Origin: Trichomonas gallinae
Taxonomy: Eukaryota
NCBI GenBank assembly: GCA_008369845.1
Contig: MRSU01005016.1
Span: 1 to 39,163, forward strand
Direction: 5' to 3'
DNA length: 39,163 nt
Shown here: piece by piece, positions 30,801 to 39,163 of the stretch
Position numbering within the stretch: the stretch's first letter is position 1
Layout of the letters: every line of letters begins with the position of its first letter
The notes under the pieces: model-generated
Seen by the model: only the letters and a program-made list of their open reading frames with translations
Database searches by the model: none
Told to the model about the DNA's origin: nothing
Program-made: the position numbers and the translations under genes

Positions 30801-33800
30801 TGTTTCATCTTCGAAGAAGAAGATGAAAACATTGAAAAGTTCTTCATCGACAAGTTTTCATTTGCTACAGAACTTGCATCTCGTGTTTACAGCGGCAAAT
30901 CATTTTTAAATGCTGTTGAACGAATAAGGAAATACACATATGATCTTTATAACTATTTGAAGCCAATTATACAAAAAGAAATCGAGAGAAATGAAGCAAT
31001 AATCAATAACTTGAATTGTTTAGTAGAATATGAAAATTCATGCAACAAAGAAATCAGTGACATTAAAGATACAATCAAACAATTAGAAATACAAATAGAA
31101 CACTTCAATAAAGCAATAGAAAGTGCAAATATTGAATTATCGAATGCAATAAAAATTTCAAACTTCGAACATAATAAATTTGATGAAGAATTCGAAAATC
31201 TAAATAATGAACATTCGAAAGCTCAAGAAAGATTAGAATATTTGATGCCACAAATAGAAAAGTCAACTTCATTCATCAAGAATATTGATACAAACAGTAT
31301 TCAAATGTTTAAAGCAATTAGAAGTCCAACACCTTCTATTTTGCCTCTTTTCCAAGCTTTTTCAGTATTATATGATGTGCAGCCAAATGTCACAGAAACA
31401 GGGAACAAGAAAAATTTCGATTATTTCACTCCGATGCAGAAATTCATTCAGAGCTCAAGCTTCGCGAACACGATGTCATCATTTGCTGATTCATTTATTA
31501 CTAGAGCTAAGCTTTACAAAATCAAAAAGATTTTGTCTGATGGGGGTGGATTATTAGATCGTGCATCGAAAGTTAACAAAGATTTCAGTAACATAGTCAA
31601 ATGGTTCCACATGATTATTTTCTACAATGAAGAATCAGAGAACATCAGACCTTTAAGAGAGAAAGAAAGAATGTTAGCCTTGAGAATTAATGAAATTGCT
31701 AAACATTTTGAAGCACTTGAAAAATCGGTCAAACTTTGCGAATCAAAACGTGATGACATGGTTTCATTGAGAGACTCAACAATAAAACGTAAATCGGATA
31801 CAGATACTCTTTTAATCGTTAAAGAAGAAAATATTGCAAAAATTAAAAAGATGAACAAAAGAGTAACAACAGAAATAGAGACAGCTCAAGCTGAAGCAAA
31901 AGCTTACAAGAAAGATTTAGATAATCTTGTCGAAACTTCATTTGTCACATCTTTATCCGTCAATGTTCTATCAGCCATGAATTATAATCAGCACAAACAA
32001 CACAGATCATATGTTTGCAAACAAGTCTCGGAAATTAGAATCAAAGAAATAAATTTTGGAAGATTTTATTATCTTAAAATTAGAGAACTAGGAATTAATG
32101 ATGATACAATATTAGCTGAAAAATTTGCTTCTGTTTTGAATCCATTAAGAACACCAGTTATTTTCGATCCAACAGGATTTTGTTTCTACATTTTGAAGTA
32201 TTTAGTTCCAGAATCACAAATAATTTCATCAAGATATGATAAATTCTCAGTTGAAGATCCAATAATTCTGATATCAGATGATTTCATTGATATTCTTCAT
32301 TTCATAGACATGCAAAATAATCATAATGTTTTCATTTTCACATCAGTTGAATTTGACAAAGTTCCGCAACATATCCAGAACTCAACAATATTCGTCAACT
32401 TCGCGAATGTAAACTTAAATTGTGTTTTCTCAAAGTTGATTTCTAAAAGCAAGACAAAGATTGATTTCACGTATTTAATTTCTCTCGAAGACAAAAAGAA
32501 TGAATATGAGAAAATAATTGATAAAGTTTCATCAAATATCAATAATGTTTTTAATTCACAAAAGCAAGAATTCTTTTCAACCGAAAGATGGAAGAGTTTC
32601 AAAGACATCATTAAAGACAATAGAATGAAATTAACTGAATGTAACACAAAAATAATTGAAACATCAACAAAAATCAAGAATCTTGAAGAATATGACCAAG
32701 AAAATGGAAGCAATATCAACCATTTATTCTTCGATATCATTTCGAAAACAAATATTTTCAGAGTCTCACCATTATTCTCACTATTCGCTTCAAAATTATC
32801 CAATGATGATTTCCATAATATTGAAAAATTTCAGAAGAAAATCATTTTCAATTTTTGTCTTTCTATGAACGACAGTGTTGTTGATATTGATAATAGTTAT
32901 ATTGTTGATTATGAATCATTTAAATATGACATGACGAAATTCAATCTATGCGATTTCATTTTCAATCATTCATGCGATATTCCAATTATCATTAACTGCA
33001 ATGCAAGCAGCGATCCAACAAATCTATTGATGCAAATTAATAACACAAAAGTAATCAATTCATATTCAGAGGATTTAGACAAACAATTCTACAGAAACAG
33101 AGGAATTGTTGTCATTAGATTCCCAGAATTCTGCGAAATTGGATTTACACAAATTTCATCATTTATAGGAAACTTAATTTCACTTCATTCTTTCCCACCT
33201 GAATTCAGACTTGTCATTCTTACGACAATAAATAAGCCTGAAATTCCTGTCTTCATGAGCAGCCTTTGCTTTTTCACAACATGGCCTCCGCTTTGTCCAC
33301 CTTCAGTTATCCACGGAAAGAGCAACATGACGATGCTAACAAGCAGTTTATTGATGCCTTTCTTCCGCCCAACAATCGTCACAGATTCAATATCATACGA
33401 CATAATTCGCGCAATTTCGTTCAGCAAGTATCTTCCTGATATAAATATTCCACCTGAATTCATCGACATTGATAGATTCTGGCTGATGAACTACAAATCT
33501 TTGAAGCAAATTACTCGAACTCAAGGCTTAGACATTTTCGAAGGAAGAAGTCTAAAGATTTCGTTGACTTCTTTCGAAGGCAGCATAGAAGTCAATACCA
33601 TCTTTGGAATGAACTGTTTCTACGATGATATAGCAAATTGTCTCTATCAACAAATCACAATTTATCCTCGACACATTCCAAAACTTTATGTTGGTGTCTA
33701 TGAAATTGATCCTGAAAATTACAACTGTGAACTTTTGTCGAGTTCATATCGCAGCAGTTGTAATGTTTACATGGAAGATTACAGTGGACTAGTCTTCATA

Positions 33801-33806
33801 TATTAA
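24819..33806 (+). CDS. Divergent, shortened dynein heavy chain-like protein (inner-arm DNAH1-like tail; degenerate AAA modules)
   Basis: Dynein landmarks in the correct order: LRNRHW, AEQEY.LE, RRKEYYRLQFLGNSEL (cf. KR..FPRFYFLS..EL), INYGFEF (cf. YGYEY), WIHLEDF (cf. WACFDEF), LENSSRIKL...FVFEV (cf. L.NGERI.L...FEV), stalk coiled coil with KAIRSPTPSILPLFQAFSVL (MTBD), RTPVIFDPTG (cf. RWPL.IDPQG), PEFRLVILT (cf. P.FRLWLT). First in-frame ATG is at 24819. Confidence 0.85.
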   Translation: MEKQNSRSKTINSTSKELKLGPAKLTYSGRSSYYVKKPKSNLLKVNIPQELTKNTTDSSKTHEKTTRKIVVSSSQSKPKNNNIFPKIDLEMEFGFQLIPLIFFDDSNLETVDLNKLSKKIENDEIVTGSSISFNNFKEEWKQVLILGISSDRSTFYVEFCDSDIRKFVSRLNLIISGENRDKFFERRRKAEKTRESFMRYERFYAYIDQTLNPMESYIKPNNFKMLLAKIKPKLLTNYSRVSKIFREVCMLDVTTTYVANYKKNLNQNKKAAKEFEKRNFPILSDFPLAFNCLPKVIITNVDIKKEANMIKSIGQIISIKQKARSLINFRFIEFDETITDVIQFCRTVQNVVKYNISTTFISTISSIVKQIKNITFFNQEMAKTIDHIVVTTISEIINSLLKEFYDYIDNKITPFKKTFTDKIEMSLSAEIAALHQTVDVLVYSWEEANVFRIGGLFEMDNDCYRPNMEMIQPQMDSLLKFLDEIVIPPIQLIHEKVTEFDQKFRYGFYYDFYEVQRIIECMDLDSAVMMHQLSKNSIPPTQMLTHDMINDFIQINNEILQLIEELISTKTTYYTKLLVINFTHLAREALHGLEYVSKAIYMKLYLHCMSEIESLYCVLEFTKNLLTVEPVDLSSFIVLKNDMDRAFEILKKMNKDISFIQSVIEELSNNSFPFTLQVQQFMFEFRLYLSKFTKTLPLRQTELKERRIIIKNEYDLKENQLLFIYTDLDLELGVLLRQGFTKNISSIAERTVVLNDRFNQAVEDFHEIKRGDKYLERQTFDETNLLEGQRLSLCLRKLWVATAEYSSENEKIAGTQIQAINTKDVSEKFARWVASIKDACEGLKDFPIPRNVALLVENNVSNFNNYIPIINALGSIYLRNRHWIKINELFQIDHPLDTSATLYYLIDIIVLDKQKEIMDIVYVAEQEYILEDFLDASIANFYDWTFSLTLFNAPKFIQTGISKLQDQVKDIRKVKHSKYREPFEQKLEKHENFVTQMQTFVNLVRKTYDLYIYQSDFMEADDTQKHQYAFYLSFGDLKEAVSELWSKCTCCVLSISMIEKLEAIYVKFKELKEKIYPYLQSRRKEYYRLQFLGNSELFSYIASTKSPERFSEQVKNLFPSLDGIVIESNKIVAVLGKNEERLDISPIEYDTKDVPLLLKKIENRIEDVLMSTILDCADKSEKYLIDRMPSVTYQELFVILNIKFTKYVKNIIGEREFNQVCNRLMNFKKSINMACTNYVTIDSIDSLFDYYELILNQIASLNKWNFKLNEKAAQRKKITMSTFTETNQLKPVPSQQSIPEFGSSSSLNIFGSPSSINASFPKFQLSESPSPSQIFGSPLSMNMSSPKFQLSSSPTTPPKPIQKSPSSIKFTSPLLSAEQTTSETSETDYTYVSATSSLSNFKNNAIKPFNSAFFKVGEERALQPNYFARTITLPDFPQFFLKDSKVVINFKKYSINYGFEFIPNTFKMDDMPTFDELLSFVEASSYNGSCAIIHDSIIANKFVNFAANFMGKYAFGVHCSSDYFEEKKNQILNSLEIEKVWIHLEDFDYMDSSTQLDIAYSLMNDINGILITSGLYISQVLYTFLRPIIIDEDISSWQFNVVVGTNHNDNKNAIIEHFKTNENRIIEIFSRDDIEKKFIEEDSIIWYHHHPMMSDCSIFEEFPYFELENSSRIKLSRDTKFVFEVSSAEKIPTNLADYCNLIAYKAIDSEFWDLYNIFTQDIVNFFIGQAKIYSSLKNSIFTQYLCALLTSYNPQEKNRVCNALKIDYDKLELSDIVFSCLSSKESIIVFGNTKIKMMNWLYSFLYKYCDDFSFVFDPEEATESNVCIITHEIDFKTLNKQFQYLILLPDYQEFSFELAYRYVFCPGALIKNNNTQVCKSLNEMIDSLTKVQNSISIICNSKKEINIENSYFIKDENDIENLQKCFNGNKNIVIVKHPTTTVPNLLKIKYQKEGDEKMKEKEYFRRLLEIKFVFVSPFKSSSVEFFDHSLTCEACFIFEEEDENIEKFFIDKFSFATELASRVYSGKSFLNAVERIRKYTYDLYNYLKPIIQKEIERNEAIINNLNCLVEYENSCNKEISDIKDTIKQLEIQIEHFNKAIESANIELSNAIKISNFEHNKFDEEFENLNNEHSKAQERLEYLMPQIEKSTSFIKNIDTNSIQMFKAIRSPTPSILPLFQAFSVLYDVQPNVTETGNKKNFDYFTPMQKFIQSSSFANTMSSFADSFITRAKLYKIKKILSDGGGLLDRASKVNKDFSNIVKWFHMIIFYNEESENIRPLREKERMLALRINEIAKHFEALEKSVKLCESKRDDMVSLRDSTIKRKSDTDTLLIVKEENIAKIKKMNKRVTTEIETAQAEAKAYKKDLDNLVETSFVTSLSVNVLSAMNYNQHKQHRSYVCKQVSEIRIKEINFGRFYYLKIRELGINDDTILAEKFASVLNPLRTPVIFDPTGFCFYILKYLVPESQIISSRYDKFSVEDPIILISDDFIDILHFIDMQNNHNVFIFTSVEFDKVPQHIQNSTIFVNFANVNLNCVFSKLISKSKTKIDFTYLISLEDKKNEYEKIIDKVSSNINNVFNSQKQEFFSTERWKSFKDIIKDNRMKLTECNTKIIETSTKIKNLEEYDQENGSNINHLFFDIISKTNIFRVSPLFSLFASKLSNDDFHNIEKFQKKIIFNFCLSMNDSVVDIDNSYIVDYESFKYDMTKFNLCDFIFNHSCDIPIIINCNASSDPTNLLMQINNTKVINSYSEDLDKQFYRNRGIVVIRFPEFCEIGFTQISSFIGNLISLHSFPPEFRLVILTTINKPEIPVFMSSLCFFTTWPPLCPPSVIHGKSNMTMLTSSLLMPFFRPTIVTDSISYDIIRAISFSKYLPDINIPPEFIDIDRFWLMNYKSLKQITRTQGLDIFEGRSLKISLTSFEGSIEVNTIFGMNCFYDDIANCLYQQITIYPRHIPKLYVGVYEIDPENYNCELLSSSYRSSCNVYMEDYSGLVFIY
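28743..28880 (+). repeat. In-frame 75-bp (25-aa) tandem duplication in a Ser/Pro-rich insert
   Basis: IFGSPSSINASFPKFQLSESPSPSQ / IFGSPLSMNMSSPKFQLSSSP; nucleotide copies start at 28743 and 28818. Confidence 0.85.
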
Positions 33807-34229
33807 TTTTATCTGTTTTTTATATTATTAAATTGTTTATTTTCAAAATATTACAAACTAATTTGAGTCGCGAAAGTATACAGCAAATAATGCATGTATC
33901 TATAATTCGAATTACTGAGAATAAGAAAATGTAGAGTCAATTATTTAGTACTACTATTAGAATGCAATAAAGTATATTACTTGAACAAGTGAATGCCAAG
34001 AAATAGTTTGGCTTTTTTTTTGAATTGTTGAAATATGGATATATACACTTTATTAAATTATTAAAATTTGATGGAAATTGATATTTCATCTATTTGTTGT
34101 GCTTGATTCACCACAAAACAAATTTCATAAAATGAATTTCTTATTTTGATTGTGACAGAAAAGGAAAATAATTAAAAATAGAAAATAACAGCAAATCTTT
34201 ATAAAACATTATTCAGTCTATATAATTTT

Positions 34230-35057
34230 TCACTGAAGAATATTATCAACAGTAATTTCTTCAAGTGTAGCGAGAGGAACCATCTTCTTGTTCTCAATGA
34301 CCTTCCAAGAGTCTAATTGAAGCAACTTCTCGTTGAGCTTCTTCATCATTTCTGGCTGCTGTTCGATTCTCTTTGGAGAATTAGCGCCGTGAACACCAAT
34401 AGATCTCAAGATTGTGAAGCCTGAGTAGTTGAAGGCATAAAGAGCACTCCAAACATAAGAATCTAAACCATTTCCTTCACCTGGAGCGAAGAACATTGGA
34501 GCACTGCCTGTAGAAATGACGCATGTGACCTTCCTTCCAGCTAAGTGGCCCTTATCAAGCATATTCTGGAAGTCCCAGGCAAATGGAACTGTGAAAACTC
34601 TCTCAGTATAGGCATAGACAGCAGCTGGGAGTCTGCCGAACCACATTGGCGCGAATATGATAACATGAGAGCACCATTTGAGGTTTTCTTGCTGTTCTCT
34701 AACGGCTGCGGATAAATTATCTTCGCTTTGGTTAGCAAATAAGTTGAATGGCTCTTTATTGCATGTCTTGAAGTCACCTTCTGTGTAAACTTTGTCGAAA
34801 CCTGACTCTATCAAATTAACGTATCTGACCTCATGGCCACTATCAATCAAAGCCTGCTTGGCTGAGTCAGCGAATCTGAAAGCAGTAGCTTTATGTGTCG
34901 GATCAATGTGTGCGACCAACATAAGAACGCGCATCTTACCATTTGTTGTTGCAGGAGGATGACTAGCGGCCGATGGCTGTTGTGTTGGTTGCTTGTTAGC
35001 TTGTGGCTTTGTTGTCTTTGGCTCTTCAGCTGTAACTTGGGATCCAGTGCAACCCAT
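34230..35057 (-). CDS. Flavodoxin-like fold NAD(P)H:quinone oxidoreductase (NQO/KefF/MdaB family) with N-terminal acylation motif
   Basis: MRVLMLVAH, GHEVRYVNL, QQENLKWCSHVIIFAPMWFGRLPAAVYAYTERVF..FAW, GHLAGRKVTCVISTG match Flavodoxin_2. The true ATG at 35057 gives MGCTGS followed by a Pro/Gln/Thr linker. Confidence 0.9.
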   Translation of the reverse strand: MGCTGSQVTAEEPKTTKPQANKQPTQQPSAASHPPATTNGKMRVLMLVAHIDPTHKATAFRFADSAKQALIDSGHEVRYVNLIESGFDKVYTEGDFKTCNKEPFNLFANQSEDNLSAAVREQQENLKWCSHVIIFAPMWFGRLPAAVYAYTERVFTVPFAWDFQNMLDKGHLAGRKVTCVISTGSAPMFFAPGEGNGLDSYVWSALYAFNYSGFTILRSIGVHGANSPKRIEQQPEMMKKLNEKLLQLDSWKVIENKKMVPLATLEEITVDNILQ

Positions 35058-35062
35058 CAAAA

Positions 35063-35072
35063 AATGAAGTGA
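35063..35072 (-). promoter_or_regulatory. Tandem Inr elements TCACT-TCATT
   Basis: Minus strand reads TCACTTCATTTTTTG-ATG, which supports the start at 35057. Confidence 0.7.
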
Positions 35073-36115
35073 GAAAAATTTTCACGATTAAATGAGATTT
35101 GATTCTTTCTTAGTTTTATTCTATTCTTATTTCCCTACATTATTTCAAATTTTTTGTAAAAAATTTTCATGACCATTTCCTTCTCAAAAAAATGAGAACA
35201 ATTTTTTTAATTGGTGAGTGAAATATTATTGAATATTAGTTATTGCATTGATGTATCAACTCGTGTTGATTTTCTTTACTTTGTCACATTTTTATTTAAA
35301 TTCTTAGTTATTTTTATCTCTTTCAATGTTTTGTTGACTTAATTTTTTTTTTGTTAGTTTGTCACATTTTTTTTACTGGTCATTACCTATCAGAAATTTA
35401 AATTATGGAATTTCGCAAATGAATTACGAAATATCATTGTCAGATATATTATTTGACTGAGTTTTGCAAAAAATGATATAAAAGCAAATTTCAAACTTCA
35501 ATTATGCTAATTCTCCCTTTGTATATCAGTGTAAAATATTATAAATCTTTTATGTATCGAATTTATGTAAAGAGATATTAATTTGAATGGGAAAATTTGA
35601 ATTGAATTTCATGAAATGTTTGAGAAATAATCAAAATTTAATATTATTTACACATCAATTAAAATTAACTATGATATATTTGATTTAGAATTACTATATC
35701 AAGATTTTATGAACCAAAAAATTAAAATTCATACAAAATAATGAGAAAATACAATTTATGTATCTGAACTTTTTCCAAATTCATTAGGATTTTAATATCA
35801 ATCCCATACCAAGTGTCATTTTTTGTAAACAGGTCTAAATAATAGTGATAAAATATTAGTATAAAATTTTAAGTTTTCGAATTCAATTAATTTTGATTTT
35901 GAATTTATTGCGGATACATCCGTTTTTGGTTCATATATCATGGGTATTCATAGTTGCCAATAATATATTTTGATTGACACACTCTATTATCGCTGATTAA
36001 TATGATCGCATCAGGAAAAGTGACGAATTACAATTCAAAATATTCTATTGATTTTATTAATCATTGGATATAGATAACAATAGTAATGATAGTTTATATG
36101 ATTTTAATAACATGT

Positions 36116-36544
36116 TTAATGGTAATTTAACAAATTTGTAATATCAGTGATATCAATTTCTTCGCATTGAATTTTTGGATGGAAAGAAGACAATTTGGGC
36201 TGAACAATTTGCGATTTATACGAATCGGAGAGTTTGGGAAGATATTTAAAGATCAGATCCCAGTTTTCAGTAAACCAACAGAACAATGCTGATCTATTTC
36301 TTGTCGCCAGTCTATCGATTGTCAGTCCTAACCTTTCAGACAGAACATTGGCCTCTTTGAGGAGCATGTACACTGTTATATGTGGTCCGAACACCGATTC
36401 TAAGTATTCAATGACATGATCTAATTTGTTTCCCGCATTAAGTACTCTTATCCTCACCTTTTCGTGGTCTTTTATCGCCTGTGACGTAGTGCGTTTTGAT
36501 TCACGCTCTGGCCGTTGATAGTGATGATACTGGCGTCCAAGCAT
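36116..36544 (-). CDS. Uncharacterised 142-aa protein with IDRLATRNRSALFCWFTENW motif
   Basis: Clean ATG-to-TAA ORF with coding-like composition and two TCATTT Inr-like motifs about 25-36 nt upstream. The motif resembles, from recall, a recurring family of trichomonad hypothetical proteins. Confidence 0.75.
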   Translation of the reverse strand: MLGRQYHHYQRPERESKRTTSQAIKDHEKVRIRVLNAGNKLDHVIEYLESVFGPHITVYMLLKEANVLSERLGLTIDRLATRNRSALFCWFTENWDLIFKYLPKLSDSYKSQIVQPKLSSFHPKIQCEEIDITDITNLLNYH

Positions 36545-36949
36545 GGAGTATATTCTTGCTAGAAATAAATGAATAAATGACGATAAACACTACCCCATTC
36601 AAATATTCGAAAACTCATTTTTTTGAACGGGTTATTCAAAAAATAATCATGCAAATCACAATATATGGCCTCTCGATGACCGATTTATCAAAAAATCTTG
36701 TGACCTACTAACTTTATGATAATGAATCATCATGATATAACAAATTACATCACCTATAAATGCACAAAGACCTGACAAAACTGTACAAAAATAAATTTTT
36801 CAATGCCAAATTCTACACAAACGTAAAAGTATTTGAATAGATCGACCATTTAGTTTAAATCATTAAACACTGAACTTTAATATTGACATTAAAATGCATG
36901 GATTTGATCAATCATTATTGAATTTAATTTTTGGTATAATTCATTAGCA

Positions 36950-37700
36950 AATCATGTATATTATCTGTAATAATCAACAACAAATATTCATTTCAATATT
37001 TTTGAATGAACTCCAATTAATTGCTTATGCTCCCTTAACTGTATGCATCCATTTGAACCAATTTTTAAGCAAAGATCTTCGATTACACAAATTCCCCTCA
37101 ATTATTGAAGATTTTATGAAAAAATTTCCTCCCATACAATAAATCATTTTGCAAAAAATACACAGTCATCAACTAGATGAGGAGACATATATTTTTTAAC
37201 GGTGTTTGACTTTTGAATTTCATCCTTTGAAACTTTGCGTCACAATTTTATGACAAGGTCTTGATGGGGATTCAATATTATTACATGATTGACATTAGAT
37301 TATGATGACTATTATGGAGGTATTTTTATTCAGATCTTCTGTTTTTAACAACAATTTAATACATGACCCATTGAAAAGTTAGCATTTTTTTGATCACAGT
37401 TCAGGTATTCATGACTACAATCTATTTCTGGATCTATTTACACAACAATTCTTTCAGCATTTCAATAATTCATGTTTATTTTTTTTTTGCAATTTTGAAA
37501 TACATAAAGCAATACACTCATCACAACGTATTTATGCAAGTTTTCTACAATGTTTGCAATACTAGTACTATCATATTTCAATGATGGCATGGCCATCGGA
37601 GAAAAATGACCAACAATGAGTTGAAAATATTTCTTCATAATAAAATAATTCCAATATTGTTCATGACCTGAAAAATTCAACAAATTATCACTAGATAAAT
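36950..37700 (-). pseudogene. Heavily decayed coding remnant, possibly a protein kinase
   Basis: Broken ORFs. The minus strand near 37120-37195 reads YMSPHLVDDCVFFAK then (frameshifted) IYCMGG, spaced like kinase subdomains VIII-IX. Confidence 0.25.
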
Positions 37701-39163
37701 GTAGAAATCAATAATTAATATATTTGATTTATTCAAATCATTTTGTCTTGAATGATATTGATTGTATCATAGTGTGTTTTCATTTAACATTAAGAATCCC
37801 TTTTTTTCATAAAATTATAATTTTGAATTTATTTTTCAAAAAATTCAAATTAAATGAGTATTATGTTAATATCACTGATTAGTTTGCAAGGATCGTCGTG
37901 GTTTTCTTTTTATTAAAATAAATTCGCGAAAGTATTAAATGGTTAATTGCTTAGTATAATAACCATATCTTTTTATGAACATTTGCATTTTTAATTCATC
38001 TGCATATAGAGCACGGAAGAAACCTATTTTTTACTAATCTATTGAGACAGATAATCATAATTGAGTTGGGAGGATCAGCAATTATATATTTCTGAGAATT
38101 AATTCCCAATACTCAAATAATTCAATGTGTTTTCTACAAATCTGATTGAGATTTAATTTAATATACAATAATGATGAATTAATCAACAAAATAACTCATT
38201 CTAAGATTTGAACGATATTTTTATATTGTAATAAGTTTTTTTCAATTTTGAAATCAATTTTCGTTGATAAATCTGAAATCATCGGAAATACGATCCATAA
38301 ATGCCATTATACACATATTATTCATTAAAAATCCGAAAGCACGGTAAAAATTTCGTGATTTCCGAAAACACGTTGAAATTTTGGATATTTCTCAAATTTT
38401 AGACGGGTAAATTATTGTTCTTGTATAGTACTTAATAAAACAAAATTCACTTTAATTTCATTTAATCTTTCTAAAAATAATTTTCTATTCATTTTAGGGA
38501 TAATTCATTGATATATAAAGCTTCAGATTAATAAATATATTTATATTTCCGTGAGGATCTTGCTCTAAAACGAGGACAAAATGTAATTTCATTAAATTAA
38601 CTTCATGAAAATTCTAAATTCAACCAAAATCAATCTTATTATTCTATTTTCCGATAAGATTAATTTGAAAAATGCCGAACCTCATTAATATATATATATA
38701 CAATAATAAATAAATCATAATATTGATTAATTAGTCAAGGAAAATATTTTTGTCATTAAACTTTCATTCTTCATAGACGGTCAGATACACAAATTTATGT
38801 GGTTTTATGTGGAGGATCACCTATATTGTTGCTGATGATCATAGACGGTTTCCTATGAATATTTAAGTGTTTTCAGTTTGATGAAAGAATGAAAATTCGA
38901 AATCATATTTTAACAGATGAATTTTGATCATGCAAACTTCTTACGCACCATATTCAATTGGAAAATATCACTGTATCAATTTGTAGCATGATGTAAAAAA
39001 TCTAAACAGCAAATTCATAGAGAATTACAATGATATGAGTAAAAAAAAAAAATAATGATAAAATAAATTTTACAAAAATAAACAATTAAGGGGGTAGGTT
39101 TGAATAGTTTACATTTTTATACTTGTTTGCTTCCTAACGCCTCATAGTCGAGCATTAGCTAAA

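Noticed and set aside
30870..30905. ASRVYSGKS as a possible Walker A in the dynein-like protein
   Set aside because: The spacing does not fit [AG]xxxxGK[ST], and it sits just before the stalk, not at a P-loop position.
5152..33469. Numerous 60-160 aa antisense or alternate-frame ORFs inside the cyclase, ankyrin, Myb and dynein-like genes
   Set aside because: Shadow ORFs caused by codon bias; no motifs, and many start at non-ATG codons.
38332..38382. Two copies of TCCGAAA.CACG.T.AAA about 28 bp apart
   Set aside because: A short degenerate two-copy duplication with no associated feature.
39090..39163. Slightly GC-richer window end, possibly the 3' end of a minus-strand gene
   Set aside because: Too short, with stops early in all three minus frames; cannot be supported.

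Overview
AT-rich eukaryotic DNA with apparently intronless genes, almost certainly from a trichomonad/parabasalid (Trichomonas-like). This is inferred from TCATT/TCACT initiator and AAAGTGAC motifs just upstream of ATGs, PAS-containing multi-TM adenylyl cyclases, a DUF3447-type ankyrin protein, an HCD-type CAMK-like kinase and a short R2R3 Myb. Gene order: broken tetraspanin-like gene (-), PARP6/8-like ADP-ribosyltransferase (-), two coding fragments near inverted repeats, transmembrane adenylyl cyclase 1 (+), kinase (+), PH-DUF3447-ankyrin protein (-), transmembrane adenylyl cyclase 2 (+), Myb (-), a ~3000-aa shortened dynein heavy chain-like protein (+), an N-terminally acylated flavodoxin-fold quinone reductase (-), and a small uncharacterised protein (-). 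Intergenic regions hold several decayed coding remnants. The most notable item is the intact dynein-like gene. It keeps a DNAH1-like tail, linker and microtubule-binding stalk but has lost its Walker A motifs and about half of the AAA ring, suggesting a non-motor pseudo-dynein. No rRNA, tRNA, CRISPR array or intact transposase was recognised. All family assignments are by eye from motifs; no searches were run.
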